Shown: positions 26,354 to 40,672 of the stretch, piece after piece | How the letters are laid out: the number at the start of each line of letters is the position of its first letter | Position numbering within the stretch: the first letter of the stretch is position 1 | Source: Octopus sinensis | Taxonomy: Eukaryota | Assembly: GCF_006345805.1 (NCBI RefSeq) | Contig: NC_043001.1 | Location: 86,366,001 to 86,430,000, forward strand | Length of the DNA: 64,000 nucleotides | Direction of reading: 5' to 3' | Program-made: the position numbers and the translations under genes | Notes under the pieces: generated by a model | Database searches by the model: none | The model's input: the letters and a program-made list of their open reading frames with translations, nothing else | Told to the model about the DNA's origin: nothing

Positions 26354-26583
26354 TATGTATGCCTATTGTTAAACATAGATAATATACCGGTAGTATAATG
26401 GAACTTCCTTCCTTAACTGTTCTGTCAGTTCACGACTGCATTCCGTGTGTGAATGCTTTTGATCTTCCGTGAGCATATGTATGCCTATTGTTAAACATAG
26501 ATAATATACCGGTAGTATAATGGATACTTCCTTCCCTTAGATGTTTATTTTAACTTCAATCTCAGCAAACCATATATATATAT

Positions 26584-26614
<31 letters not shown>

Positions 26615-27099
26615 TGCGTAAAATATTTGAGGACAGAGTTATGTTTATATAAAACAACAATATATAATAATGAATAATAAATTTCAGTTTGAAAACGGCT
26701 ATCGAAAAGCTCGTTACTCGTTAGAGTAACTGTAAACATTATCATTAATATAAAAATTATCCCCACCAAAAGCCATCTCTACTCATATTTTCAATATATT
26801 ATACCTGCCAAGACTTTTGTTATTGTTCTACTACATATATATATAATATATATATATATATATTAATAATATATATATATATATATAGTACTCTTAAATA
26901 ATTATATATAATGATATATATGATATATTTAATTTTTATTTATTTATTTATTTATTTTTTTATTTATATCAAGTGTGAATGAAGGTGAAGTGTTCCCAAA
27001 AATATATACGTACATTGAATGATAATAAAGTAATTGTTTTATTAAAATAGATTTTGTTCGGTAATTGTGGGCATTTTCGTTCAATAGCTGCTCAGTTAG

Positions 27100-27920
27100 G
27101 CGGCTGTTATCAGTTTTGTACTCCCAACTTCATCTTTAAGTATCCAAAAAAAAACAGTCTAGCAGTGTGAGATCCGGTGAATGCAGATAATATTTCACTG
27201 AACCACTTCCTCCAATCCATCTTTTTGGGAAAACATCATCTAAGTAAGCATTTACATTACCATAGTTGTTTGGACGTACAATATATTGCTGAAAATAAAA
27301 CTCACTACTTTCAAAGTCCTCTTGAAAGAATGCCATTAAAGACTGTGGTAGCAACTTGGAGAAATAATACCACTCGCAGCACCATCAAAAAGAATGGGAC
27401 AATTAGTCGTTTTGATAATAAGCCGTGTCATACTGTAGCTTCTGGTAAATTAACATGATTTTTTTGCGTCTTATGCGGTTCCTCAGATTCCCTGTGGATA
27501 CAACTGTAGTAGTTAATTAAGTTATTTAATGTAAATGTAGCTTCTTTACTCCAAACAATCTTTATCGAAAAGTGAATATCTATACATCTTGCCAGTTATC
27601 TCTCGTAAAACTCTACATTTCGGCCCAGGTAATCTTTATTGAACACATAGACTGTTCTTGTGAAGTAGCTTTTTCCCATTTACAACACTTTAAAATTCGA
27701 AGGACGTTAAATTTTGAAATTCCCCTCTCGGGACTCGTTCGATGCACTATTTTTCTTAAACTCTGGCAATACGTTACTAGAGCTTATTCTTGCTTTATTA
27801 GACTCGTCGATGTGTCCAGTCTTCCTGAATCTTTCTTGAGAACATTCTGAATAGTTTCACCTGCTTCAAACTTATTTCTAATTCAGGTGACAATGAGTTC
27901 GCGATTAGCCAGTGAGCTTG
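27100..27920 (-). mobile_element. Decayed Tc1/mariner (maT/rosa-like) transposase
   Basis: KFEAGETI..SGR, GISK..VLRILK, IVWS.EATF.LN and FPKRWIG..G...SPDLT.LD.F remnants. Confidence 0.75.
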
Positions 27921-28556
27921 TTAACAAAAAGACATGATATATATAATATAATATAATATAATATAATATAGAATGTATATATCTTTTAATAAGCTTACGG
28001 GATAATCGTAACACCAGCGCCTGTTCAGGCACTGTTATTCAACATATCGTTAGTGGGAAGATGAGTCATTGCTGTCTCTAGCGTTCGAGTGTCAATCATT
28101 GACGAGAGGAAGGAATGTTGAAATCATGTGACCTGGTAGTCTCGGTGCTAGAGATGGCGGAGATCTATCTCCTCGCAAGCGATATAAACAAGAGCGCATT
28201 TCGGCCCAAAAGCCAATATGAAAGTTTCTCTCATAGTATCTACCGCAACATAGTTTGTTCTAAGAATATCCACAATTAAAATTGGGATGTATATATATAT
28301 ATACATATACATATATATATATATATCTATATATATATATATATATATATATAGATATATATATATATATATATACAGGAAAAGTAAGTTGTTCTTTTTT
28401 CAAATACATAAGTAGACGTTATCCGATTTAGACCTAAATGCAGTTTGAAGTGTGCATAGTTATAGTTATTGCATCAAATTGTGACAGTCAACTCTGAGTC
28501 TTGCGCTTCTCATTTGGTCATGATACTTGTGACCTAGACAGACAGACAAATAGACT

Positions 28557-28652
<96 letters not shown>

Positions 28653-29171
28653 CCGTAAATCCTCGAGTATAGTCCGCCCTTGGGTATAATACGCAGGGGA
28701 TTTTTAGGGGGCTGTACTTCTGAAAATCTAAACCTTGTGTATAATACGCACCACTCCTCTAACTTGAGTCGTGCGTAATTAAGCCAGCAGCACCTAGTCG
28801 AAAAAACACTTCCGCGCGTGCGTATTAGAATAATGGTGATGTTCTTAACTGTTATATGGGAATGTAAATATGTTTGCAAATTATTTTTGTTACATGTTAT
28901 TCTGTTCTGAATACTTTTATTTTAATAAATGTTGCTTACTGCAAGTTATGGATGATTCTTTTATGACTTCATTGCTTTCAGGCTTAGCTTAAGGTATTTT
29001 CGCGCCTGACATCACAAAATGCGCCTGAATAAACATTGCCGGTCAGCAAATAGAGACTCGGACATTGCTTAGTATATATTTTTTCCTTTTTAACCTCGTA
29101 TATACTACGCACTAGGGATTTTGACCTTTAAATTTTAGGGGGAAATGCGGATTATACTCGAGGATTTACGG
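28653..29171. mobile_element. pogo/Tigger-like MITE, 519 bp, inserted in (GATA)n
   Basis: 25-bp TIRs CCGTAAATCCTCGAGTATA(G/A)TCCGC with TA duplication at 28651-28652 and 29172-29173. Confidence 0.85.
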
Positions 29172-29241
<70 letters not shown>

Positions 29242-29309
29242 CATACATACATACATACATACATACATACATACATACATACATACATACATACATACAT
29301 ACATACATA

Positions 29310-29529
29310 CGAGAGGGTGCTGAAAAGTTTCTGGATTTGAGAAAAAGAAAATACAGGAGGATCAGTTAATTATGATTTTATTCAACATATCCTTCTCCCA
29401 GGTTCACGCACTCATTGCAGCGGTCCCTCAGTTTTTCTAAGCCCTGTGAAAGAACTCGGAGATCTGAGCCTCCAACCAGGCCTTTCGCGACACATCCTTA
29501 AAGTCAGGAACTGTTCAGCACCCCCACGT
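29310..29529. mobile_element. Short mariner-derived MITE
   Basis: Imperfect TIRs GGGTGCTGAAAAGTT.CTG / CAGGAACTGTTCAGCACCC next to CATA and TA repeats. Confidence 0.65.
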
Positions 29530-30551
29530 GTATATATATATATATATATATATACATACATGCATACTGGCTTAGTCAGAGAGAGGGGCAGCGCCAATTT
29601 GTCTTTTAAGAGCTTGTGTTACGGGTAGGAGGAACGGAGTAAATTTGCTCTCTTATATTCAGATTCGAAATTTGGTTTAAGCGCTTTCCACCAGTGTGGA
29701 ATACCTCTGCTGACGAATTAGACGAATGTGTTAACATTCCATCAAAGGTATCTGGCTATCGTTCGTATTTCAGCTATTTTGTGTGCTTCTTTTAAGACCT
29801 TCCTGAAACTTTTGATATATTGATTTCTTAAGGAGCTTCCCCGTGCAGTAGTAATATCATATCCATTCTTATGAGATTTACTTCTATAGCTTTGGTAAAA
29901 ACTTCAAGCTAAAAGAAAATTTATTGCCGTCATCTACAAACGATTACGACCTAGTAGTATGAAACATGCCTTCACTAATTTTTTTAGGTAGCCACGAAGT
30001 TGCAAAGATGTTCTCTCATTCTTTCCACACTTGAACAAACTGAATATCAAAAATGTGCTGGCTGAAGGGGGAAATGATTGCAAGAGCATTAGGATGGTTA
30101 TCATTTGCATTCGAGTAAACTAAAGCAACGGAAAATGAGGAATAACACGTAACGCAGACCAGAAATTGAAACTAAGCCTTGGTGACAGTAAGCTCAACAC
30201 CTTACCACTATACTGCAAGTTTTCAGCTAAAAGAAATGTCTACAAAAATCAGAAATATATACAAGTTGTCTTTTTTTTTTCATCAAAATGTAAAGATTTA
30301 AATTATGTGTTTAAATATCTATTTTCTTACAAGAAGAGGAAATATAATTCGATTTTTATCGGTGTGTTGCAGTTTACTCTTTTAAAAAATTGATTATATC
30401 CAATCAAGGAATTTTCGAACCAAATTTCTGTTCTTATTAACTTCTACTTTTGTCGATGAGCACAAGAATTTTGCAATTATCAGGTCAACCCATGAGTAAT
30501 GTCCGAATTTTGTGTAAGGAATGTTTAACAAAGGAAGCTCTTCCATCATAT

Positions 30552-31035
30552 TACCTATTTCTTTACAACCCACAAGGGGCTAAACACAGAGAGGACAAAT
30601 AGGGACAGACAAACGGATTAAGTCGATTATATCGACCCCAGTGCGCAACTGGTACTTACTTAATCGACCCCGAAATGATGAAAGGCAAAGTCGACCTTGG
30701 CCGAATTTGAACTCAGACGAAATACCAATTTCTTTACTACCCACAAGGGGCTAAACACAGAGAGGACAAACAAGGACAGACAAATGGATTAAGTCGATTA
30801 TATCGACCCCAGTGCGTAAATGGTGCTTATTTAATCGACCCCAAAGGGATGAAAGGCAAATTCGACCTCGACGGAATTTGAACTCAGAACGTAGCGGCAA
30901 ACGAAATACCTATTTCATTACTACCCACGAAGGACTAAACACAGAGAGGACAAACAAGGACAGACAAACGGATTAAGTCGATTTTATCGACCCCAGTGCA
31001 TAACTGGTATTTATTTAACCGACCCCGAAAGGATA
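30552..31035 (-). mobile_element. SINE family Y, three head-to-tail partial units
   Basis: Units start TTTCTTTACTACCCACAAGGGG at about 30557, 30729 and 30913. Confidence 0.8.
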
Positions 31036-31421
31036 ATTGCCATCATATTATCTTGACTTACTTCAAATAGAAGTTAAATTTTCTTTAGCTTGCAATTTGT
31101 CAAGTTGAAAGAAAGGACTCTTTGGATTATGCATTTTCAGATAGACCTAACCAGATTGAATGGTCCTACCTAGAACTCCTCAAAACATAGGTCAACTCGT
31201 GAAAGGGATCATGTAGAAATAAACTTTTGAAATACATACACCATAACATTTGTCTGTTTTTTAAATGCCCGAATAGTATTAAATCTGACAATCTTAGAAG
31301 TTATTACTTATCATGTAAACAAAACTCTCTTTTGGAAAATATTTTAATTGCTATATACAGGTTAACATTAAATAAAAATCTATTGAAGTGAATTACGATA
31401 TTCTTGAATTTATATTTTCAG

Positions 31422-31579
31422 AAAGCAAACCTGAAATCACTTCATATAATCAGTAATATTACATATAGAATTGCTACCACTTTAGTTTCCATGAAATATT
31501 ATAACCCGTACAATTCTACAGTCGGCGCAGACTTATACATAACGATGCCTCTTAATTCAATTATATTGAATTTTTCTAT
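31422..31579 (+). CDS. ITIH: Gene B exon 2a, VIT domain (KANLKSLHIISNITYRIATTLVSMKYYNPYNSTVGADLYITMPLNSIILNFS)
   Basis: Acceptor tatattttcag, donor gtaagt, 158 nt, phase 0-2. Confidence 0.85.
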
Positions 31580-31849
31580 GTAAGTAAAGTTCATTTTTCA
31601 CGATATATACTTCTTGCCTAACCTACTTAGAAAATGAAGTTCTTTAGAATAAGATACCAAATAAATCGGACTGTATTATGTATGAAATTTTAGAAGTCAC
31701 TGAATATATTATGATGTTCAAGTAATGACCCAACGATTTGTAAAAAATATGTATAATATTGAAATTACAGCAATTTAGACGGCTATGTGAAGCTGGTAAC
31801 GTCTATGTGAAACTGTGACTAATACCTGGCTGCATGGGATTGCTACTGA

Positions 31850-32301
31850 AAGGTCACATGTGTAACAGCAGGATTCGTCTCCTTGCAATACCTCAGGAAT
31901 GAATCAGACGTGGTTGTCGAAAAATCTCTACGACTTCAACAGCTCCAATTGCTGGTATCTTAATTCCTCCAATCGCAATAACATGGATTACAATGTGTAT
32001 GCTACGGTTCAGAAAAGCACCAAATACTCTGCTTCCAACATTAACAGGGAGCTGGTGGCCAAGAGCAAAGAGATGTTCGTAGGTCCTCCTAGCGACACTG
32101 TGAGGAATGCATGCACCAGATTCCGGGGCTGCCTTGAGGCCGTGCTGGAAACCGAGGGTGGCTTTTTTCAGTAAACTGTGATCTGACAGCCATAATCTAG
32201 TTGATATGTTTTCACTTTTCAAAATATATTTGTTTTTGGATAGAGTATTGTGTTTCCCTTTCCTTTGGTACGGACTGTCAAATTCAACCAGAGCACTCTG
32301 T
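31850..32301 (+). mobile_element. Tc1/mariner transposase 3' fragment and right TIR
   Basis: QDSSPC.TS...Q.WL...MDY.VY...VRNACTRFRGCLEAVLETEGGFFQ*; ends ...GCACTCTG-TA. Confidence 0.75.
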
Positions 32302-32358
32302 AATTTTTTTAATTTTTCAATGTTAATTATTTTTATTGAATTTTATTTTCGATTGCAG

Positions 32359-32469
32359 GGAAATTGATGGACATGTGACTATTGGAGACGAAATGAAAAA
32401 ATCACTTGCTAAAGATACTTACGAAAAGAACGTAGGAAAAGGAAAAAGTTCTGGCTATTTTGAAGTCGA
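32359..32469 (+). CDS. ITIH: Gene B exon 3a, VIT (MEIDGHVTIGDEMKKSLAKDTYEKNVGKGKSSGYFEV)
   Basis: Acceptor gattgcag, donor gtaatt, 111 nt, phase 2-2; IDG...G...K..AK..YE....GK.G motif. Confidence 0.85.
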
Positions 32470-32570
32470 GTAATTTTATATTTTCCCAACTATTTGATAT
32501 TTCTTGCAATTAGTATATTAATAACAACATCCCCAAAATATTTCAATTATTATTTTTTATCATTTTCCAG

Positions 32571-32821
32571 ACACCGCTTCACAAATGTCTTTGATATATC
32601 TGTTAATGTTGAACCACAAAAGTATATAGTTTACAACTTGACTTACCAAGAACTTCTGACACGACAGAACAATAAATACAGGCACGACGTTCATGTGACC
32701 AGTGGTGAAATTATTGATGACTTTTTAGTTGAAGTTTTCATTACTGAACCACAAGATATTATTCACGTGTCTGTACCAAAAATTACAGATAATAAATTAA
32801 CGGATATTACCGTTGACAAAG
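32571..32821 (+). CDS. ITIH: Gene B exon 4a (HRFTNVFDISVNVEPQ...LTYQELLTRQ...DFLVEVFITEPQDI...VDK)
   Basis: Acceptor cattttccag, donor gttggc, 251 nt, phase 2-1; F..SVNV.P....Y.LTYQELL.R motif. Confidence 0.9.
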
Positions 32822-33159
32822 GTTGGCAAATCATTTATGATTGGTTTTTCTCTATATTTTCATTTTTCATTATCGTCATAAACTTCATTTAACCACTGCT
32901 TTTAGATACTTCACAAAGTAGGTGCACTTCAAAAATACAGAAGCTATTCCTGATAATAAAAACTTTCCTGTAGCGATTTTTTTTAATGCTGGGTTGAATC
33001 TAAGCATTTCTTTAGGCAGTAAACAAAGATGTAATAAAAGTCAATAGAAGCAGAAATATAAGAAATATAAGAAATATAAGAAAACTACGTTAATAATAAA
33101 AAGACTGGTCACATTTCAAGTTCTATATTTGTACAACATGCTACAAAGATCCACATATA

Positions 33160-33667
33160 CGAGGGGCGTTCAATAAGTAATGCCCCTGACCCACTTCCAT
33201 AGCAGTAGGGCAACGAAACTTGGCACAGTAATTAGTCTTTTTCTACATAGAAACCACCCAGAGTTACGCATTTCTCCCATCGTTTGATGCAGCTCTCGAG
33301 ACCGTTTTTGTAGAAGACCCCAGCTTGGTCCTCCATTCACGATGTGACTTCAGAAATCAAGGCTGCATCATCTGGGAAACGCTTTCCTTTCAAAAACAAC
33401 TTCATGGCTGGAAAGAGGTGAAAATCAGAGGTGCAAAGTCAGGAGAGTAGGGGGATGGGGGAGGAGTTCATAGCCGCACGCTTGTGCTTCTAATCTGGCG
33501 ACACGCGAGTTGTGAACCGGAGCGTTGTCCTGCAGGAGGAGGATGCCTTTGCTGATCTTGCCCCGCCTCTTGATTTTGATAGCTTCTCTTAATTTCCTCA
33601 AGAGTGAAGCATAATAGGCTCCTGTAATTGTGGTACCCTTTGCCAGGAAATCTGTCATCACTACTCG
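33160..33667 (-). mobile_element. Mariner 3' half, well preserved, present only in duplicate module A
   Basis: TITGAYYASLLRKLREAIKIKRRGK..LLQDNAPVH..ELLPHPP; TA-CGAGGGGCGTTCAATAAGTAATG TIR; the paralogous site near 41608 is empty. Confidence 0.9.
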
Positions 33668-34856
33668 TAAGAACAGAAGGTGGAAAATTGAAAAAAACGA
33701 TAGGCTTACTCTCAAAGGATTAGATTTGGTAAACATCCAACAACATTGCTAAAGATAACAGAAATGTACGATATACAGATGACAAATTATACAAGATTAT
33801 ATTACTTTCTTCATTATTATTAATACTTATAAGAAGTAATATAAAGCTACTGTTATCAATAAATTGTCTACAAATTAATCTTCATTCTCCGATAAAGAAC
33901 ACACTTCACATCAAAATGGTACAAATGTCATTTCGTTTGCAATTTACTAATATTACGTCTCTGAGATAATACTTTGACTCTTCCTAAAGATGATATGATT
34001 CTACAATATAATGTCCAAGTGCCCACTCTTGTACTAGTGTCTCCTTCTCCAAGTAGAATTACACTGCGCTGCAGTAAACATTTCACTGTTCTGCAACAAG
34101 CATTATATTTTCCCATATATCAAGTGTTATCTATCCTCCAGTTAACAGTCCGTTACTATACAAATATCAAATTAAATGCTATACTACCTCTTGTTATGGC
34201 ACGCTCTTGTTAAACATACTCTTGATAACCACTCTCATTACATAACTACACTGGTTATCACTTATTAAGATTGCCCTTGACATACAAAACAGTACGCTAC
34301 AGTAAATTCCAAACTTAATTGTTCACATTCTGGTAGTAAGCTTTTTGATTCCTCACTATATACGTTAATAGTCAAGAAAGAATAAAAGAAAATTTCGGAA
34401 GGTACAATGATACCCTACATTCAACTGGTGTCTCAAACGGAAGTGGTTACGACATCCAAGGAATTCTAGACTCTGGGAAAATTTGAACACCCAACAGGTG
34501 CTATTTACAATGCAAACAGTAGCACGAAATAGAGAGAAAAGAGGGGTATCCTTGGTGTACCCGGTTCCTTAGACTTTCAGGAATCATACGAAATACTTGC
34601 ATAAGAGAAGGTTCTTGTTCTCTGAAGACCTTCAGCTATTCAGCTCCCTCCCACCCGCCAGAGATTCTTCCTACACTGTTGTATAATAGATACCATTCAG
34701 TAATCATTCTTTGCTATCTCATCATGTTGCACATTCTCTTATTACTAACTAAAACTAGTAGTAAGATGTCATACACTGACAACATTACTCGCCCAAGGTA
34801 AACATTTAATTCTGCCGCTGATCACGTTGCATTATCACACAGTAAATATGACACTG

Positions 34857-35128
34857 TGGAGGCGCGTGGCTTAGTGGTTAGGGTGACAGCATCATGATCG
34901 TAAGATTGTGGTTTCGATTCCTGGACCGAGCGACGCGTTGTGTACTTGAGCAAACCACTTCATTTCACGTTGCTCCAGTCCACTCAGCTGGTAAAAATGA
35001 GTAACGCTGTGATTGACCGGCGACCCGTCCAGCTGGGGAACACATACGCCATTGAAACCGGGAAACCGGGCCCATGAGCCTGGCTAGGCTTTAAAAGGGC
35101 GCATTTATTATCATTATTATTATTATTT
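34857..35128 (+). mobile_element. SINE family Z with (TTA)n tail and 12-bp TSD
   Basis: AATATGACACTG at 34845-34856 and 35129-35140; single copy at the paralogous empty site 42774-42785. Confidence 0.9.
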
Positions 35129-35275
35129 AATATGACACTGATTCACAGTCAACGTTAAATTATTAATCAAGCCTTTTAAATTATACCTCTTTGGGTTTGA
35201 AGATATTGAAATAACAGGTATTCATTCAAGTCTGTTATAGATATAAATTAAGTTATTGTTAATGATTTTCAATAG

Positions 35276-35439
35276 AGCTGGATTCTGCTTTAATTAAGAA
35301 CATCAGCAGTAGAGAAATTTACATCAAATACAACCCAAGTCGTAAACAACAAGAAGAAATATCAGAGAAAGATGGCGCTGCACGTTTTCTCAGAGTGGAA
35401 TATGACGTGGATCGTCAATATATTTCAAATTCACTATAT
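35276..35439 (+). CDS. ITIH: Gene B exon 5a (ELDSALIKNISSREIYIKYNPSRKQQ...LRVEYDVDRQYISNSLY)
   Basis: Acceptor ttttcaatag, donor gtaagt, 164 nt, phase 1-0; Y.P...QQ and V.YDV.R motifs. Confidence 0.85.
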
Positions 35440-35512
35440 GTAAGTTATTGTTTTACATCAAATTCCCATCTTGCCATTTAAAAGTGATTATAATACTATA
35501 ATTATATGTTAT

Positions 35513-35567
<55 letters not shown>

Positions 35568-35735
35568 TGCGTGTATCTGTGTTTATGTGTGAACGTGTAT
35601 CACATTCATTTCTTCAATACATCATTATTTTTCATCTTCATATATTGTTTACACATTGTTTATTCTTATTCTTTCACTTTCTATTTGCCTCTTTTTCTCT
35701 CTCCCTCTCTCTATTTCTCCCTTTCTCTCTGTCTG

Positions 35736-35780
<45 letters not shown>

Positions 35781-36549
35781 GCCCGTCTCTCTCTATCTCG
35801 CTATCTCTCTCGTTCACTTTCATCTTCGCTTTTGAGTGTGTGCGCAATTCCATATTTCTATGTACGTTGGAATGTATTTTGTGTGTTTTTGTTACATATC
35901 CTTATATACATACACGCGGATATTTATGCACAACTATATTGCTGAGACCGAACTCTGCCTTTTGCACAGTCTGGATCGATGAGATGGGCATCAGTCAGCC
36001 ACCAGAGTTGATTCGAAAGGCAAAACCCACTAAACTTTTGTTCTCAGGCATATGTAATTTTGGACTGTTGTTATGTATTTTACTTCTCAGATCTCTCGAC
36101 ATTACTTGCTCCGGTTAATTCTGTGAAAGCGGGCAGCTTTTTTCAAGTACCTCAAAGGGTCTCTCAGGGTCATTTTAAAATTAACTCTCTCGATGGAATA
36201 GGAAGTATTATTAGATTTTTATCTGCGTATTGCAACTTGCTTTTTTAAAAGATTATTTATTTCCAGACAATAAGTTTTCAAACCCAGTACCCATCCCTTA
36301 TTAATAACTGAGATTATTAATTTTGCATAGTATTTTACAATTAGTATACTGTTTAAAATATTCATTAAGTATTCTCCCCTGATTATCTCAGCATTGTTTA
36401 ACAAAGGAAGCCTTTCCGCCATATTTCCTTGATCTGCTTGGGATAGTAGCTAAATTATCTTTAAATCACACTCTGGGGTCTTGAAGAAAAGGAATACATT
36501 CAATCATGCATTCCTAGATACACTTAACAAGACTGAATTGTCCTGGGTG

Positions 36550-37068
36550 GAACGTCTCTAAACATTGGTCAGCACGTGCCAGAGATCTTGTAGAGCTCAG
36601 CATTAACAAGTTTGTTCCTTCTCGAGCCATGTCTGGCTCATAAGTGCCGGTTTCCCCCGTTCCATTGGTGTATAGATTCCCCACCTGGACGGGACGCCGG
36701 TCCGTCGCAGGTGAGCTGCAAGAGGAAAGAGTGAGAGAAAGCTGTGGCGAAAGAGTCAGCAGAAGTTCGCCATTACCTTCTGCCGGAGCCGCGTGGAGCT
36801 TAGGTGTTTCGCTCATAAACACACACACATCGCCCGGTCTGAGATTCGAACCCGCGAAGTACTAGGATTACATGGCCGCAGTCAAATTTAACACTGTATT
36901 TCTAATATTCTTAGCGCTCTAGTTATAAAGAATTATGCTTACATGTTTTGGGGGGTTTCTTTTTTCATGTAAATAAAATGTTCCATTTGGAAAGCAGTTT
37001 ATATACTTACTCTCGACCGCGAGTCCGCTGCTCTAACCACTAGGCCATGTGCCTCCACAGCATTAGCA
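36550..37068 (-). mobile_element. SINE family W, split by a 154-bp insertion
   Basis: Reverse complement of 45200-45500; interrupted at 36858-37011. Confidence 0.8.
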
Positions 37069-37435
37069 AGCATTAACAAGTCCATATATATGAATATTAA
37101 TAGTCTCTGGTTCTTTGTAGTCACCATGAGCTCTCATTGAAAGCTAATGTAATCGCTATTGATTTTATACTCATCAAAATAGAAAACTTGTAAGGAGCGT
37201 AATAAATACTTGCATTTCCTGTGGGTGGCTAAATTTTGAAATGTTTATGCTATAAAGTTCATCTTTGTTTTTCAAGTGCCTGAATAGTATTAAATATGAT
37301 CATCTTAGAAGTTTATTACTTATCACCTAAACAAAATTGATTTTATAGATTTTTTTTTTTGATTGCCACATAAAGCTTAACAGTAAATAAAGCTCTATTT
37401 AAGTGATTTACGATATTTCTTGGATTTTTTTTCAG

Positions 37436-37593
37436 AAAGCAACCCTGAAATCCATTCATGTAATCAGCGATATTAAATATCGATTTGCTACCACTCTGGT
37501 TTCCATGAAATATTATAACCCGCACAATTCTTCAGTCACCGCAGACTTAAACCTACTGATGCCCCGTAATTCATTTATATCCAATTTCTCTAT
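37436..37593 (+). CDS. ITIH: Gene B exon 2b, duplicated VIT exon (KATLKSIHVISDIKYRFATTLVSMKYYNPHNSSVTADLNLLMPRNSFISNFS)
   Basis: Acceptor tttttttcag, donor gtaggt, 158 nt, phase 0-2; paralog of exon 2a. Confidence 0.9.
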
Positions 37594-37787
37594 GTAGGTA
37601 TAATTCATTTTTCACAACATATATTTCTAGTCTACCCTACTGCTGTTTCCTTTTTAACCCAAGCTCGCGAAGTTCTCTTAGTATAAGTTATCGAATACAG
37701 CGGACCATTTCATGTATGAATTTTTGGAAGTCATTGATTATATTAAGATGTTTGGTTAATGACCCAACGATTTGAAAAAAATATACA

Positions 37788-38172
<385 letters not shown>

Positions 38173-40469
38173 TTTAACACTGTATTTCTAATATTCTTAG
38201 CACTCTAGTTATAAAGAATTATGCTTACATGTTTTTTTGTGAGGGGGGGGTTCATGTAAACATTTTCCGTTTGGAAAGCAGTTTGTATACTTTACTGACC
38301 TGTTTTACAAGTAAGTGCCAACACTTTGCGAAGATTAATAAGTTTCATCCTCAGGCGGATCTCGTGAAGGTGAAGAGTAAAGGAGAACATGTCGGCAGGA
38401 AACTAGGAGAAGGAAGCTGTTCTGCAAAGGAAAATGTAATCAAAGTATCATACGTCAGAGAGAATCTTGAGTTTTTTTATCTAGCTATTAGTACCCGCTA
38501 GAAATTAAGAATAAATCACAGCTGTGTGTGGCAAAAATAGAAGAATGACATCACAGAGCGCGGTATACGCTTTCTGTGAGCTTAGATAAAATACAGTCGT
38601 TAACTGATCAGGACAGACAGTTTTATGAAAATTATTTTTGACTGAAAACTCGATCCGTCTGAAACTGCTAAGCGATTGATTAAAGCATTATTCTTTGTAT
38701 ATCCTTTCATATTCCCACACACAACTAAACCCATAAATACAAACCATCCGAGTAGCTGGTGCGCAGTTGTGGAAGCACAGCTTACAATATCTAAAATTAA
38801 GCGTTCATTTAGAAGTGTCTGTTCAAGCATTTCTACGCCTGCAAAACAATAAAGATTTAAAGGGGACACACTGTACAGATTGCAAATTTCCACTCCTCCC
38901 AACCTGCAACAGTACCTTTAAAACAAAACATTATATCGTTTACCTGTTCTGTTTCTGGCTCAATACTGCTCACACACACACACAAACACACGTACACACA
39001 CACATGCATAATTAATCATATTCAAATCATGTTTTTAACTTAGATTACCAATCCTTAAAATTTTATAAAGTCAACCCCACTGATGAAAAGGGTGTCCGTT
39101 CATTTATTCTTAAATCTTCAGCTTCTGAGACAGCTTAACAATTTCTTCTCTCTTTCTGTCTCTCGATAAAAATATACCTTTATTTAAACGTTCTAGAATA
39201 GACGATGCTAACCTTTGCATCACATACAGAAATCGCTGCACATGGCCCACAGCTGTTTTTTGACATTTTAAGGAGAATTGTAAATTGTTAAGGTATTTAG
39301 AAAGCCTTGATATTTTTAATGTTCCACATTAGTTATATCATTGTTCTAGAATAAGCCACAAGCAGAGCATACCCACTCAACTTGCCGATTACTTACCTAC
39401 AAGTATCTCAGAAGTAACAGAAGACCAGATAAGCAATGAGACCATTAGGAGCAAAAGATCTATCAGATGTTTGCTCTCCAACTTCATCTGCTATTGGTCT
39501 ATCGCGTTCGAGAATCCCGTTGAAAACATGATTGTTGCATTGCCTTCAGCAAAGCTTCTCATCGTGAATGCCATTAAAGTCTCTTGACTAAGCTACTTAT
39601 ACTTGACGTCCATCCCTCTCTAGCATCTTGGTTATGAAGATCATTTGAAGATCTACTTTCTAACTATAAATGTTAGCATCACTCTCATACTATTGATTTT
39701 ATACTTTAACGAGCTACTTCCGTTTCCCACACTCATACCATCCCGTCCATAAGAAAACCATATTTCTATACAAATGTTGCTCCTGTTTATTTTTTTTATT
39801 TTTTATTTTTTGCTATTTATGACAACACACAATTGAATACCAGACACATCAAGCGTACCATGATTTAGAAAGCTCTTATATCTTAGGAAACTGCCTCATG
39901 AATATTTGATTAAACGCATAACATTGAAAACGAAACTTTCTGCTGAAACACTTTATCAAAATACTTTGTTAATTAGTTTATCAAAATATTTTGTTAATTA
40001 GTTTTTAAATCTAGTCTTAATGCAATAGTCTTGTGAGTTTATTTGATTGTTACATACAAACATTTGTAACACAATGAAACAATTTCAAATACATTCAAAC
40101 TTCTGAAATACTGGATGTTCGGGAAAACTTTGACGACTTCTTATGTTTACTTTCGTCAAGAACAGTTTGGTGAACAGCCAACAGCGTTAGAAATTAAAGT
40201 TGTAGCTGGGAAAATGTTAGCTGATACAGGATTTGAAGGCATATGGATACTGGAAAATAGTTACTTGTATTCTAATGATTCACACTAGTTATCAAAATGT
40301 CGAAATCATGACTGCAGCCCAATGGTCTGCGAACAGTGTAAAAGTTGTAAGATATGACATGACAATCATGAAAACCAAGATCCCCCAAATTGTGATGTGT
40401 CTTCAGTGAGGGTGACATCATGCGAACCTATATTTTGGAAAAGAGCTTTAGACTCAATTTAGACGTCTA

Positions 40470-40672
40470 TGTGAAACTGTGGTTAATACCTGGCTGCATA
40501 GGATTGCTACTGAAAGGTCACATGTGTAACAGCAGGATTAGTCTCCTCGACATACCTCAAGAATGAATCAGACGTGGTTGTCGAAAAATCTCTACGACTT
40601 CAACAGCTCCAATTTCTGGTATCTTAATTCCTCCAATCGCAATAACATGGATTACAATGTGTATGCTACGGT
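40470..40672 (+). mobile_element. Truncated paralog of the Tc1-like fragment at 31800-32010
   Basis: Near-identical sequence ending at GCTACGGT; it was carried along by the module duplication. Confidence 0.75.

Noticed and set aside
22322-26538. Short tandem duplications at 22322-22438, 24263-24361 and 26294-26538
   Set aside because: Second copies often carry 1-nt indels typical of noisy long-read consensus; they cannot be told from assembly artefacts without reads.
29706-29745. CTGACGA...GAA motif
   Set aside because: A15.1 is missing and the stems do not abut the core.
36048-36146. Possible 99-nt phase 0-0 exon between the two VIT modules (AYVILDCCYVFYFS...FFQ)
   Set aside because: Weak donor (GTACCT) and only faint similarity to exon 6; it needs RNA evidence.
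39079-39140. CTGATGA followed by GAGACAGCTT
   Set aside because: No stem I partner and GAAA is altered.
40090-40450. Coding-like stretch with stops in intron 2b
   Set aside because: No family recognised.
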